This document shows, piece by piece, positions 50,407-60,093 of a DNA stretch of 64,000 nucleotides. Both the position numbers and the translations under genes were made by a program. The notes beneath the pieces are model-generated. The model worked only from the letters and a program-made list of their open reading frames with translations, was not told where the DNA came from and ran no database searches. The stretch is from an uncultured Verrucomicrobiae bacterium (lineage in GTDB: Bacteria > Verrucomicrobiota > Verrucomicrobiia > Chthoniobacterales > JAFAMB01): contig CAWEXO010000002.1 in the NCBI GenBank assembly GCA_963813025.1, positions 1 through 64,000 of the forward strand, read 5' to 3'. Positions within the stretch are counted from its first letter, which is position 1, and every line of letters begins with the position of its first letter.

Positions 50407-51888
50407 ATGGACATTCGCTCCAGAATCCTCGGAATGATAGCGGCAGGATGTGTGCTCGGAATCACCTCGCCCCGCGCCGTTGCAGAGGTAACTGACGAAG
50501 AGTTCAATGCGTTGAAAGAATCGGTCCGGCAGCTGGGTGATAAAGTGCAGAAACTGGAGGAGACGCACGAGCAAGACCAGCAAACTCACGCGCAGGACCA
50601 ACAGAAAATCCAACAGCTGCAACAGCAGCTGGAGAAAACCCAAGCGACGGCCGCTGAAGCGCAGCAGAAAGCCAAGTCTGCGACCCAGGTCCAGCAAAAG
50701 TTCCACTGGCTCGAAGATCAATTGGGGGAAACGCGCAAGACCGCCGCCGAGGCTGAACAGAAAGCCGAAGCGGCGGCTCAGGTGCAACCGGTTGCCCCGG
50801 TTCCCAGCGGAGCCCTGGCGACGCACAGCTTCACCCTGGCAGGAGACGCGGAGGTCCAATTTGGCAAAGTCCAGGGACAGCACAGCGCATTTATGCTAGC
50901 GGATTTTGCGCCGATCTTCCTGTTTCGGGCGACCGACAAGGCTCTATTTGAAGCGGGTTTTGATGTCACGTTGTCGAACGGCGCAGTGACGTTGGCGAAC
51001 GGACAGACGGGCAATAGCGGTGTTTCGACCGCAGTAGATCTTAGTTTCGCTCAATTGGATTACCTGCTGAATGACTATGCGACGGTTGTGGCCGGGTATA
51101 TGCTGCTTCCGCTGGGCACCTATACCGAGCGATCGGCCGGGTGGCTGAACAAGATACCGGATGACCCGCTCCCCCGCGATATCCTGCCGACCAACGGCGC
51201 AGGTCTCCAGCTGCGGGGGGGCATACCTATCGGGCAATCCGGACAGTCGCTCACCTATTCCGGTTTTGTCGTCAACGGGCCAGGCTCAGCGGACGGGTCT
51301 GGAAACGCAACTTTCGTTGATAGCAGCGGCAACGTATTGCCAAATCTTGACTTTGGTAATGTCGGCACTCAATCCAATGGCAATAGCGGAAATTTGCACG
51401 CTAATCCCTCCGGCGGTGGCCGCATCGGGTGGTTCTTTCCGCTTAAAGCCAATTATGATTTCGAGCTTGGAGTTTCGGGCCAAACAGGTCCATGGAACGA
51501 CGCGGGAAATCGGCTGTGGTCGGCTGCCGTTATCGATGCGGCCCTGCACATTACTCCGTTTTTCGAATTGAAGGGGGAGTATATGTATACTTGGCAACAG
51601 ACCAACAACAGGGGAACTGTTCAGCCGCAGGGTTGGTGGGTCCAGGCAGCCTACAAGCTGGCAGGCTTTAGCCTGAGCCTCCCGCTCATTAACAACGTCG
51701 AGTTGGTCGGCCGCTATGACACGGTGTTGGACGGGCTCGGGACGAGGACTAACCGGGAAACGGTGGGTTACGTATACTACATCACCAATACGCTCTTATT
51801 CGAAGGTGCTTACGAATGGTTGCAAAGCCACGGGCCAAACAAGCTGCCGGAAAACAAGTGGGTGTTTCAGCTCTCCCTCGGATTCTAA
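50407..51888 (+). CDS. Outer-membrane beta-barrel (porin-like) with N-terminal coiled coil
   Basis: Signal peptide, Q/E/K/A-rich coiled coil, alternating amphipathic strands (AQLDYLLND, FELKGEY, WWVQAAY), C-terminal KWVFQLSLGF. Confidence 0.8.
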   Translation: MDIRSRILGMIAAGCVLGITSPRAVAEVTDEEFNALKESVRQLGDKVQKLEETHEQDQQTHAQDQQKIQQLQQQLEKTQATAAEAQQKAKSATQVQQKFHWLEDQLGETRKTAAEAEQKAEAAAQVQPVAPVPSGALATHSFTLAGDAEVQFGKVQGQHSAFMLADFAPIFLFRATDKALFEAGFDVTLSNGAVTLANGQTGNSGVSTAVDLSFAQLDYLLNDYATVVAGYMLLPLGTYTERSAGWLNKIPDDPLPRDILPTNGAGLQLRGGIPIGQSGQSLTYSGFVVNGPGSADGSGNATFVDSSGNVLPNLDFGNVGTQSNGNSGNLHANPSGGGRIGWFFPLKANYDFELGVSGQTGPWNDAGNRLWSAAVIDAALHITPFFELKGEYMYTWQQTNNRGTVQPQGWWVQAAYKLAGFSLSLPLINNVELVGRYDTVLDGLGTRTNRETVGYVYYITNTLLFEGAYEWLQSHGPNKLPENKWVFQLSLGF

Positions 51889-51913
51889 ATCAATGAAATG
51901 GTGATCTATAACA

Positions 51914-52360
51914 ATGAACATCAAGCTATCTACTGTCCTCCTGGGTGCGGCCGCATTCGGCCTGATCGGAGCAGGATTGGCGCTCTCCCAGGCCGTTGAC
52001 ACTCGGATTGAGCAGTTCGACAAAGGCCCGGCGACGATCAATGTCTCCGGGTACCCGCCAGCAATCCAGGGATATTACGCAGTCTTTACCCAGAAGTGCT
52101 CCCAGTGCCACAAGTTGAGCCGCCCGATTAACTCTGATTTTGTGCTGCCCGATGAGTGGTCGCGCTACATCCACCGCATGATGAGCAAGCCCGGTTCGGG
52201 TATAGATAGCGCCTCGGGCGCGCAGATTTACGCATTTCTGGTGTACGACTCCAGCGTCCGCAAGAAGGCGATGCTTGACGCAAGGCTCGCGAAGCTCTCG
52301 CCTGCCGAAAGGGCCGCTGTGGAAGCCAAGATCAAGGCAGTCGTGGCCAAGTATAGGTGA
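51914..52360 (+). CDS. Monoheme cytochrome c (c551-like domain)
   Basis: Signal peptide, KCSQCH, W..YIHRMMSKPG. Confidence 0.82.
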   Translation: MNIKLSTVLLGAAAFGLIGAGLALSQAVDTRIEQFDKGPATINVSGYPPAIQGYYAVFTQKCSQCHKLSRPINSDFVLPDEWSRYIHRMMSKPGSGIDSASGAQIYAFLVYDSSVRKKAMLDARLAKLSPAERAAVEAKIKAVVAKYR

Positions 52361-52381
52361 CGCGCTCCAGGGTTCGCTAGC

Positions 52382-52855
52382 GTGGAAGAACTGGCTTCAT
52401 CCGCGATGGCTCCGCGCTCACGTCGCGATTTCATCGCCAACATCTTTCTGAGCACAGGAACGGTGCTGGGGCTGGGGAGCTTGGCCTATCTGTTCCTCGA
52501 ATACCTTTATCCGGTCGTCCCGCCCATCAAGCTCGTTGAGGTGCCGGCGGGAAAGCCGGACGACATTCCACCCGACGGCGTGCGGCTGGTTCAGTTGCCG
52601 GAAGGACCAGTCATGCTGGAGAAAGGGGAGAACAAAGTTCGCGCCTTCTCCGCCATTTGCACGCACCTGGGTTGCACGATCCAATGGCATCCGGAGAAAA
52701 GACAATTCATCTGCCCGTGTCATCAGGGGATTTATGATTTCAATGGCAATGTCCTGTCCGGTCCGCCCCCGCGCCCGTTGGAGAAACTCCCGGTAAAGCT
52801 GCGTGACGGTCAGGTTTTTGTGCTCGTGAATTCGCTTAAAGAGGAACACCTATGA
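52382..52855 (+). CDS. Rieske iron-sulfur subunit of a cytochrome bc-type complex
   Basis: Tat motif SRRDF plus TM, CTHLGC, CPCHQG, GPPPRPL. Confidence 0.92.
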   Translation: MEELASSAMAPRSRRDFIANIFLSTGTVLGLGSLAYLFLEYLYPVVPPIKLVEVPAGKPDDIPPDGVRLVQLPEGPVMLEKGENKVRAFSAICTHLGCTIQWHPEKRQFICPCHQGIYDFNGNVLSGPPPRPLEKLPVKLRDGQVFVLVNSLKEEHL

Positions 52856-53886
52856 GGCGTGCGGTCCGCTGGATTGAAGAACGGATTCCGGTGGATCACG
52901 AAATCGTGCGCAAAAAGTTGCGCGAACCGTTGCCGGTTCACATGAAAAGCTGGATTTTCTGCCTGGGCGGAACGCCGGCCATGCTCTTTTGCATCCTGGC
53001 GGTTACCGGAATTCTTCTGACGTTTTACTATGTCCCCTCTCCCGCTCAAGCCTACGCCAGCGTGAGCAATATCAGCTTCAAGGTGCGCATGGGCTGGTTT
53101 GTCCGCGGCATACATCAAGGAGCATCCCAGTTGATGATCGTGACCGTGCTCCTGCACATGATCCGCGTCTTCTTCACCCGTGCCTACCGTAAGCCGCGGG
53201 AGCTCAACTGGATGTGGGGCGTGGCACTTTTCTTCGTCACCCTGACATTCGCGTTCACCGGATACTCGCTCGTTTACGACCAGCTTTCTTATTGGGCCAC
53301 TACTATCGGGACCAACATGATTGCGGCAGTGCCGCTGATCGGCGAGCCGTTGCTCTACCTGCTGCGTGGCGGCCCCAACGTGAATCCAAACACCCTCAGC
53401 CGCTTTTACGACTTTCATATCGGGGTGCTGCCCACGATGATGACGCTGCTCATTGTCGGTCACCTAGCCCTGGTGCGCTTGCACGGCGTGGCCCCGCTGC
53501 GTGGCGATCCGCGCCGCGAAACCTATCCGTTTTTTCCTGATCACATGCTGCGAGAAGCGATTATTGGCCTGCTCCTCCTGGTTTGCCTGGTTAATTACGT
53601 CAATTTTTTTCCTCCCTCGGTCGGGGCGCCGGCAACGCCGGGCAACACCCCGGGACACATCCGTCCGGAATGGTACTTCTTTCCAACCTACCGCTGGCTC
53701 AAGCTGACGTCCCTGCCCGTGGGAATCGGAGGAAGCATCCTCTTCGTCGCCTGCCTTTTTCTGTGGCCATTCATTGACGCCGCGCTGGAAAAAATCGCGC
53801 CTCGGAAGGGTTTGTGGGTGATCGTAGGGAGCGCGTTTTTCCTATTAACCATCGTCTTTATGCTCTGGGAAGCCATTGCTGGTTGA
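52852..53886 (+). CDS. Cytochrome b (b6-like with fused subunit IV region)
   Basis: IFCLGG, RGIH-x13-H, RKPRELNW, FTGYSL, FH-x14-H, IRPEWYF. Confidence 0.93.
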   Translation: MRRAVRWIEERIPVDHEIVRKKLREPLPVHMKSWIFCLGGTPAMLFCILAVTGILLTFYYVPSPAQAYASVSNISFKVRMGWFVRGIHQGASQLMIVTVLLHMIRVFFTRAYRKPRELNWMWGVALFFVTLTFAFTGYSLVYDQLSYWATTIGTNMIAAVPLIGEPLLYLLRGGPNVNPNTLSRFYDFHIGVLPTMMTLLIVGHLALVRLHGVAPLRGDPRRETYPFFPDHMLREAIIGLLLLVCLVNYVNFFPPSVGAPATPGNTPGHIRPEWYFFPTYRWLKLTSLPVGIGGSILFVACLFLWPFIDAALEKIAPRKGLWVIVGSAFFLLTIVFMLWEAIAG

Positions 53887-53901
53887 ACGGGGACGCGCTC
53901 G

Positions 53902-54384
53902 ATGAGTATCATTACTCAAAAATATCTGGTTGGAATTATGGGGTTAATCCTGGTCGGATCGGTCATCGCCACCGGTTATCTGGATTCTCAACGCCGTAAA
54001 AGAGAGAATGTCCCGGGCGCTTCAGAAGCCTCGCCGCCCGCGGCACCTCTCACTCCCGAGCTGCAGCACGGGTTGAAGATTTATGTGGAATTCGGTTGCG
54101 AGGCCTGCCATGGAGTGGGCGGCAAAGGTGGTGTGCACAATTTCAACGCCCAGAGCGGACAGGCGGTCCCCCCGCTGAACCACGTGGCCGACGGCTATAC
54201 CAAACCCGAACTGATCGCAAAGATCCAAACTGGCGTTCCTGTCGAGCCGAAACTAGATCCGAAGGGCCCGGAGCCGCCATTACACATGCCCGGTTTCAAG
54301 GATATGCTTACTCAGGACCAATTAAACGATCTGGTCGCTTACCTCTTCAGCCTGAAACCCAAGGGAGAAGAATCCGGTTTCTAG
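53902..54384 (+). CDS. Membrane-anchored monoheme cytochrome c
   Basis: N-terminal TM, GCEACHG, PPL, HMPGF, LVAYL. Confidence 0.88.
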   Translation: MSIITQKYLVGIMGLILVGSVIATGYLDSQRRKRENVPGASEASPPAAPLTPELQHGLKIYVEFGCEACHGVGGKGGVHNFNAQSGQAVPPLNHVADGYTKPELIAKIQTGVPVEPKLDPKGPEPPLHMPGFKDMLTQDQLNDLVAYLFSLKPKGEESGF

Positions 54385-54466
54385 CCCATGTTTCCCAGCC
54401 GAGATGCAGGCGTAGGTTCCCGCGGTCTTTCAGTTAAATATATCTTTGTAAGACGCGACTGATCGC

Positions 54467-56373
54467 ATGAAAAGGTTTTTCCCCTGGGTCATCAGTCTTA
54501 TTTTTTTGCTTTGGGCCATCACCAAGATGATGCCGGTCAAGCAACCGTCCGGTTTCGACCTCGACGGGTTTGGTCGGCTCCCGATATTGGTCAACGGCCG
54601 GGTGATGCCGATGGATACATTGGCTCGCGTCTCGCTGTTTGCCATGAATCACCACGGGACATGTACGGCCTCCGATGGTAAGAGCCAGCCGCAGCGCGAG
54701 TGGTTGCTGGATGTTTTCATGATGCCCGAGCGAGCGGATCTCGCAAAAGTGTTTGAAGTGACCAATCCCGATATTCTCGATCTCTTTGGCTGGCAGGAAG
54801 CGAAAGGCAAATCGAATAACTACTCGCTTAGCGACCTCGAACCATTCTTTGGCGAGATTGAAAAACAGGCGGACTAGCCGCGCGAACAGAAGCTGAAACC
54901 CGTAACGCCTTCCAGAGGGCCATCCTCAGACTGCGGGATGCCTTGGGTCTATACATTGAGTTGAGAAATACAGTTCAGCCCGACGACTCGGCCGATTTTG
55001 GAAAAGAAATTCAAACGTTCAGCTCAGTAATTCAACCCGGCATGCAGGCCATTCGCGACAAGGAGGCGAACAAGGCGTTTAACAGCCAGGATTTGGACCG
55101 CATTCTTTTGTTCACGCAACGCTACCGGAAACTCGGTCAGGTCAAGTACGCCTATGCGATCCCGAATCCGAACGGAACGGCAGGCGGTGACCGGTGGCAG
55201 CACATTTCGTTTGCACTGCTCAGCGCCATCACCTCGGGAAAGCTGCCTTATCCAGCCACGATCTATGGACGTCTCATCTCAGCTTATCGAAGCGGAGATA
55301 CACAGGGATTCAACCAAGCCATTAGGGAATATAATCAGTATCTTGGGCAAACGACCCCCCAGTACCTGACTCGGCCTCATCTCGAGTTCTTCTTTAATCA
55401 AGCCCAGCCATTCCCCCAGACGATGGTTTTGTATATGGTTGTCTTTGTTTTGGCTCTGGCCTCTTGGCTGAAGTGGCCGAAAACTCTGGGGAAGACTGCT
55501 GCTATTCTTCTTCTATTCGCGTTTCTCCTTCACACTGCGGGGCTCGTCACAAGGATGTATTTGCAGGGCCGGCCGCCAGTCACTAACCTGTACAGCTCCG
55601 CAATTTTTGTCGGATGGGGAGCAGTTCTTCTCTGCCTGTTCCTCGAACGCTTCTACAAGAACGGAATTGGCAGCGTGTGCGCTTCTGCAATCGGTTTTGT
55701 GACCTTGTTGATCGCTCAAAACTTGCAAGTCGATGGCGATAGCCTCGAGATGTTGCGCGCTGTGTTGGACACAAACGTCTGGCTTGGGACTCACGTCGTC
55801 ATGGTGACTCTCGGCTATTCTGCGACATTTCTCGCCGGATTTTTGGGAATCATTTACATTTTTCGCGGCCTGCTGACGAAATCCTTCGATGAGATGACTG
55901 CAAGATCGCTCGGACGCATGATGTACGGAATCGTCTGTTTCGCTACTTTGTTCAGCTTCATTGGTACGGTGCTTGGCGGTATCTGGGCTGATCAATCCTG
56001 GGGACGGTTTTGGGGTTGGGATCCAAAGGAAAATGGGGCGCTCCTCATTGTGATTTGGAACGCGATTATTTTGCATGCACGATGGGGTGGCTACGCCCGC
56101 GAACGAGGTGTCGCGGTTCTGGCGGTATTTGGCAATATCATAACCAGCCTATCATGGTTTGGAGTCAACATGCTGGGCGTCGGTTTGCATTCCTACGGCT
56201 TCATAGATGAGGCGTTTGGACCGCTCCTGGTTTTTATCCTTAGCCAACTCGCCATTGTCGGTCTGGGGATACTGCCGCAGAAATACTGGCGCGGGATTCA
56301 GGCGCGCGTAAAGCCCATCGGCATGGGGCAGCCCGACGCGATGTTGGCGGGGAGTGCCGTGCCGAAACACTGA
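54467..56373 (+). pseudogene. ccsA: System II cytochrome c maturation protein (CcsA/ResC-like), frameshifted near 54870
   Basis: GRLPILVNGRVMPMDTLAR; second frame GRPPVTNLYSS, LRAVLDTNVWLGTHV, WADQSWGRFWGWDPKENGAL, LGVGLHSYG. Confidence 0.85.
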
Positions 56374-56564
56374 CGGAGAGTTCATCCGGCATTTTCGGTC
56401 AGGAGCGCTGCCGCCCTATCCGTTGTGGAATATGAACCGGGCTTCGGGCCTGAGAAACCCGGACGGGCCAAGATCGGAGAAATCGGCACCGCTTCGAAAT
56501 ACGCTGCTGCGGCTCTCCGATCACTTGTCCATATGTGACCTCAGACATACCTGTTCCGGGAAGC

Positions 56565-57053
56565 TCATTTCAGTTCCTCACATCGAACAGTGGCGTCGGT
56601 TCGTATCGGAAAGTTCATCGAATTCGCTAAAAAACATCTGCGATGCGCTTCTTCATGAACTTCAAGGGCCTTGCTTTTGTCGGACGTCGAGGAGATCACG
56701 ACTTCCGGTCTTAGAACGACGCTCTCGAAGTAGCCGCCTCCGGCTTCGACCTCAACCATGATCCCATTCGGGCGATCTTCATAGGCGACCACTCTGATCC
56801 CTCCAGTAGCGCACAAGTGCAAATACCAGAGCATGTGGCACGACGATAACGCCGCAACCAACATCTCCTCGGGGTTATAGCGCTGAGGGTCTCCTCGAAA
56901 AGCGGGATCAGACGAACCGGGCACAACCGGTTTCTGAGCAGACAACACCTCGAAATTTCTCGAATAAGCTGTGTATGAAGAGGATCCCGAGCCGAGGTTT
57001 CCCACCCAACGGATCCCGACTACATAAGAATGGCGTTTCTCAGCGGTTTTCAT
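56565..57053 (-). CDS. OsmC family protein
   Basis: YTAYSR, GSSDPAFRGDP..YNPEE, LSSCHMLWYLHLC, AHRRCFLANS. Confidence 0.92.
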   Translation of the reverse strand: MKTAEKRHSYVVGIRWVGNLGSGSSSYTAYSRNFEVLSAQKPVVPGSSDPAFRGDPQRYNPEEMLVAALSSCHMLWYLHLCATGGIRVVAYEDRPNGIMVEVEAGGGYFESVVLRPEVVISSTSDKSKALEVHEEAHRRCFLANSMNFPIRTDATVRCEELK

Positions 57054-57402
57054 GATGGGAGATGAAGCAGATGTTATTTTGAAGATCCTGCTGAACGTGC
57101 CCCAAATTCCATCGCCCGTCCGTAACGAATCAACAAAAAATACGGTGCGTACGCTCCCGTTTCTTGTTGACAGCCTGAGCAAAAGAGCGACTAAGAGCGA
57201 AGTCCCCCAAAGAATGTTGCACCTCAGTTCCGACCTTTCGCGACTGTCAGGAGGTCGAGGCGAAGAAGCCACCGAGAAAGCAGAATTGCTGACGAGCCTC
57301 GTGTGGCCAAGGAAGGCTACCCGTTCATGCGCTGATCTCGCTGGCGCTGTCGAAAGCGTTGTATTGGGCTACTCGAAGCGAGTGCGGCCCCGGTGACCGG
57401 CT

Positions 57403-58887
57403 ATGAGTGAGATCCTTCGGCTGAGAAATATTTCGAAGACTTTCCCGGGGGTGCTGGCGCTGCAGAACATTTCTTTCGACTTGAACGAAGGCGAGGTGCA
57501 TTGCCTTTGCGGTGAAAACGGAGCAGGCAAGTCAACCCTGATCAAAATTCTCTCGGGCGCATATCAACCGGACGAAGGCGGAGAAATCATCTTCCGCGGC
57601 AAAAAGGTCGCCCTGAATCCGCATTTCGCCATGTCGATTGGCATCCAGACGATCTATCAGGAACACGTCGTTTTCGACAATCTGAGCATCGTGGAGAACA
57701 TCTTCACCGGGTCAGAAATCGTGAGACGGGGTTTTCTGCAGAAAAAAGAAATGCGCCGTCAGACTGCCGAAGTTCTCAAATATCTGAAAGGCAATCTAAG
57801 TCCGGACAGCAAACTAGGCGAACTCAGCAGTGGCGAACAAAAAACGGTCGAGATTGCTAAAGGCCTCGTGTTCAAAAGGCAGGTGATCATCCTGGACGAA
57901 CCGACGGCATCCTTCTCGTCAACTGAGATTGATAACCTCCTGGACATCATTCAGACGGTCAAGAAAACTGGGCTCGGGATCATTTACATTTCGCATCACT
58001 TGGAAGAGGTCTTCAAAATCGCAGACCGGATCACCGTGTTGCGCGACGGACGCAAAGTCAGCGCCTACGACATAACCGGCCTCACGAAGAATACTCTGAT
58101 CAAAGACATGGTCGGCCGCGACCCCTCTACATTCTATCGTCGCGAACGGGTACCGATCGGAGAAGTCGTTTTCGAAGCCCGAAGCGTTTCCGGGAACGGC
58201 GCAAGAAATATCTCATTCGTCCTTCGAAAAGGAGAAATCCTCGGGATCGCCGGAATGGTGGGATCGGGCCGCTCCGAGCTTATGAACGTTCTGTTTGGAA
58301 GTGCTCATCTCGACTCCGGCGAAATCCTGATCCGCGGCAAAGCGATTAAACATTCCAATCCGATGTCGGCCATCAGAAACAAAATGTGTTTCATAACCGA
58401 AGACCGGCAAAACACAGGCCTTTTTCTTCCCCAGACCATCGCGCAGAATGTAACCGTCGCGAACCTGGTGAATACTCGGGCATTCGTGGTCAGGCAGGCC
58501 GACGACTGGAGGACAGGCGATCGATTCGTCAATCAACTCAATATTAAGGCCAGGGACTCCCGGACGCGCGTCGTAAACCTTTCCGGCGGCAACCAGCAGA
58601 AAGTCGTACTCGGAAAATGGTTTAACACGAACGGTGAAATCTTCATATTCGATGAACCGACCCTCGGCATCGATGTCGGCTCCAAACAGGAGATTTACAA
58701 GGTGATGGTTGACCTCCTCAAACATGGAAAAGCCATCATCATGGTGTCCTCCGATATGCCCGAAATCATCTCCATGAGTGACCGGGTGATTGTCATGAAG
58801 CACGGTCAAACAGCAGCCGAACTGACGACGGAACAGATTACGGAGGAAAACATCCTCACCCACTCGATCGGTGACAAAGCAATATGA
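57403..58887 (+). CDS. Sugar ABC transporter ATP-binding protein (CUT2)
   Basis: GENGAGKSTL, LDEPT, YISHHL, LSGGNQQKV, DEPTLGIDVG. Confidence 0.95.
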   Translation: MSEILRLRNISKTFPGVLALQNISFDLNEGEVHCLCGENGAGKSTLIKILSGAYQPDEGGEIIFRGKKVALNPHFAMSIGIQTIYQEHVVFDNLSIVENIFTGSEIVRRGFLQKKEMRRQTAEVLKYLKGNLSPDSKLGELSSGEQKTVEIAKGLVFKRQVIILDEPTASFSSTEIDNLLDIIQTVKKTGLGIIYISHHLEEVFKIADRITVLRDGRKVSAYDITGLTKNTLIKDMVGRDPSTFYRRERVPIGEVVFEARSVSGNGARNISFVLRKGEILGIAGMVGSGRSELMNVLFGSAHLDSGEILIRGKAIKHSNPMSAIRNKMCFITEDRQNTGLFLPQTIAQNVTVANLVNTRAFVVRQADDWRTGDRFVNQLNIKARDSRTRVVNLSGGNQQKVVLGKWFNTNGEIFIFDEPTLGIDVGSKQEIYKVMVDLLKHGKAIIMVSSDMPEIISMSDRVIVMKHGQTAAELTTEQITEENILTHSIGDKAI

Positions 58888-60029
58888 GTGACGACAACTC
58901 TCCGGCGTTCCCGCAGCAGGCCCGAGCGCAACAGAAGCATCGGCAGGCCGGTTCTATTTTCGAGAGGCACGAGAACTTCACGGTCCTCTCGATCTTTGTC
59001 GGGTTTGTGATGGTTATAACCATTCTGCAGCTGATCATGTGGGGCGGCCAGAAGTTCCCGACGTTCATCACCCCGGTGAACCTTTTAAACATCCTCCAGC
59101 AGGTGGGGGTCCCCGGGATTGTGGCCGTCGGCATGACGATCGTGATGATCTCCGGTGGGATCGATCTTTCGGTGGGAATGCTGGCTTCTCTGGTCTCCAT
59201 CGTAACCGCGCTGGGCATATCGAAATGGCACTTCGGCGTCGGTCCTTCAGTCCTTCTCGGAATCGTATCGGCGGTCGTGCTGGAGACGGTGATGGGTTTC
59301 ATTATTTCCCGTACCAAAGTTGAACCCTTTATCATTACCCTGGGCGGGATGATCACTTTTCAGGGAATCGCGCTTCTTCTCTGCAATTCCCGCGAGGTAA
59401 TCATGAATGGGGAGCTCGATTTTCTGAAGGTTAACCTCATCTACGGAGCAAAAGATCCGATTAGCCATCTCAACCTGATCATCCCCCCATACGCCCTGAT
59501 ATTTTTCGCGATCGCTTTCCTGGCCGGCTTGCTCCTGAATTACACCAAATACGGCCGCAGAATCTACGCTGTCGGGACCAACCCGAACGCAGCCTACCTG
59601 GCGGGCATCAACGTCCAGAACATGAGACTCTCGGTCTACATTATCATGGGGGTCCTGGTCGGGATCGGCGGTGTTCTGCTTCTCGCCCGGGTCAATACTG
59701 GCATCATCACGCTCGGGCAGGGCCTGGAAATCGACAGCATCGCCATGGTCGTCATCGGCGGCACCGCGCTAAGAGGTGGCAAAGGAAACATCGTAGGAAC
59801 GTTGATCGGAGTCTTCTTTCTCGGGTCGATCGGGAACGCGATGAATATGTTGCGGCTGCCATCTGAAGTGCAATTCGTCGCCAAAGGGCTCGTCGTCATT
59901 ATCGCGGTTTCCGCCGGCGACGTCTCCTCCAGAATTTCCGGGTTTTTATCAAGGAGGAGAGAGCTGCGATCGGGCGCGGCGCAGACAACGCTGGGGAAGA
60001 AAGGGATAACAGTGGAATCGACCAAATAA
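58884..60029 (+). CDS. Sugar ABC transporter permease
   Basis: GGIDLSVG, PFIITLG, YGRRIYAVG, IAMVVIGGT..GGKG. Confidence 0.93.
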   Translation: MSDDNSPAFPQQARAQQKHRQAGSIFERHENFTVLSIFVGFVMVITILQLIMWGGQKFPTFITPVNLLNILQQVGVPGIVAVGMTIVMISGGIDLSVGMLASLVSIVTALGISKWHFGVGPSVLLGIVSAVVLETVMGFIISRTKVEPFIITLGGMITFQGIALLLCNSREVIMNGELDFLKVNLIYGAKDPISHLNLIIPPYALIFFAIAFLAGLLLNYTKYGRRIYAVGTNPNAAYLAGINVQNMRLSVYIIMGVLVGIGGVLLLARVNTGIITLGQGLEIDSIAMVVIGGTALRGGKGNIVGTLIGVFFLGSIGNAMNMLRLPSEVQFVAKGLVVIIAVSAGDVSSRISGFLSRRRELRSGAAQTTLGKKGITVESTK

Positions 60030-60093
60030 TAAATCAGTTATTGTAAACAAATCACGTGAGATGCACAAAGACGATCAGAGGAGGAGCAACGTA

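Noticed and set aside
50407..51888. Calling the porin Cyc2 or MtrB
   Set aside because: There is no CxxCH in the porin, it is shorter than MtrB, and there is no multiheme partner
57289..57330. Hammerhead-like CTGACGAG upstream of the sugar ABC operon
   Set aside because: No GAAA closing stem II and no flanking stems could be built
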